Origin: Rhizophagus irregularis
Lineage: Eukaryota
Direction of reading: 5' to 3'
Length of the DNA stretch: 64,000 bases
Assembly: GCF_026210795.1 (NCBI RefSeq)
Contig: NC_089435.1
Coordinates: 3,348,001-3,412,000, forward strand
Below are positions 63,266 through 64,000 of this stretch, piece after piece; position 1 is the stretch's first letter; each line of letters starts with the position of its first letter. Position numbers and translations under genes: made by a program. A model generated the notes under the pieces. That model ran no database searches. It worked only from the letters and a program-made list of their open reading frames with translations, and was not told the origin of the DNA.

Positions 63266-64000
63266 AAAAACATTGCTCTACACTTTTCAGTCTTTTTCAT
63301 CATTGTTTATTCACAGTTCATTTCCTTAATCGTAAAGTATCACAAAAATAAGTGCAATCATGATCTACGAATTAACCCATATCAGATATCCTATTATCAT
63401 TCAGTAACCAATTAAATTATCCTTTAATTTAATTTCATGATCTACAAATTAACAGTTAACCACCTGATATCTAATCCTTTCTTCATCTGATTCATAGTTT
63501 TAATGTCATTGCGGACCAATTAAAATACAATTTTAAACTACTGAAAAATTTATATACTAATTTTAAATATATAATACTGCGCCTCACAATTAATAAATTT
63601 ACTAGGCAAGTTACGGCATTACAACGGTGTGAATATCTGTCAGATATCCCGATTTTCTCATTTTTACTGTAGTACATATAATTCTGTTTATCATTTTATA
63701 GCAAAATAATTTACATATTTCTTTAAAAATCGGCAAAACAAACGTGAAACATAGCTGATAATTTGAAAAGTTCCTTATTGTATTTTTTCGAATTAATTCG
63801 TGATTCAAAATAAATACTAAGAATAATTTACTATTATTTCTTATTAATAAATGAAATCCAAAAGTGTATAAGGAGTTTCAGTAATAAGGGGTAAAGACCG
63901 AGTTCTAATAACTTTTATTGTTAATTATGGTTGTTCCAATGTAGATATAAAACGGGTCTCGATTTTTTTTTAACTTTTAAACGGAACGTTCTCTTTTGCA

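Overview
Eukaryotic, very AT-rich, intron-containing DNA (short GT-AG introns of about 65-100 nt). The gene families present point to an arbuscular mycorrhizal fungus (Glomeromycota, Rhizophagus-like); this is inferred from the family content, not from a search. Apparently intact genes: a single-exon F-box-like/LRR protein, a Mup1/LAT-type amino-acid permease, a Crinkler (CRN) ubiquitin-like header fused to a NYN nuclease, a helical/degenerate-RING/TPR protein, a TKL-type kinase, and a 12-exon, roughly 2,800-aa sacsin-like protein with two HSP90-type ATPase repeats and a C-terminal BTB domain. Pseudogenes: a USP7/Ubp15 C-terminal fragment, a multi-repeat kinase, a kinase remnant, an F-box gene interrupted by a MITE, and a broken effector-like locus. 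There are several small TIR elements and dispersed repeats. The most interesting observations are: a structured intron with two hairpins carrying the same 11-nt loop; an apparently exonised 75-nt intron in the CRN-NYN gene; a lid-less second ATPase repeat in the sacsin-BTB protein; and two candidate structured non-coding RNA loci. No rRNA, complete tRNA or CRISPR array is supported. All exon and repeat coordinates were read by eye and may be off by a few bases.
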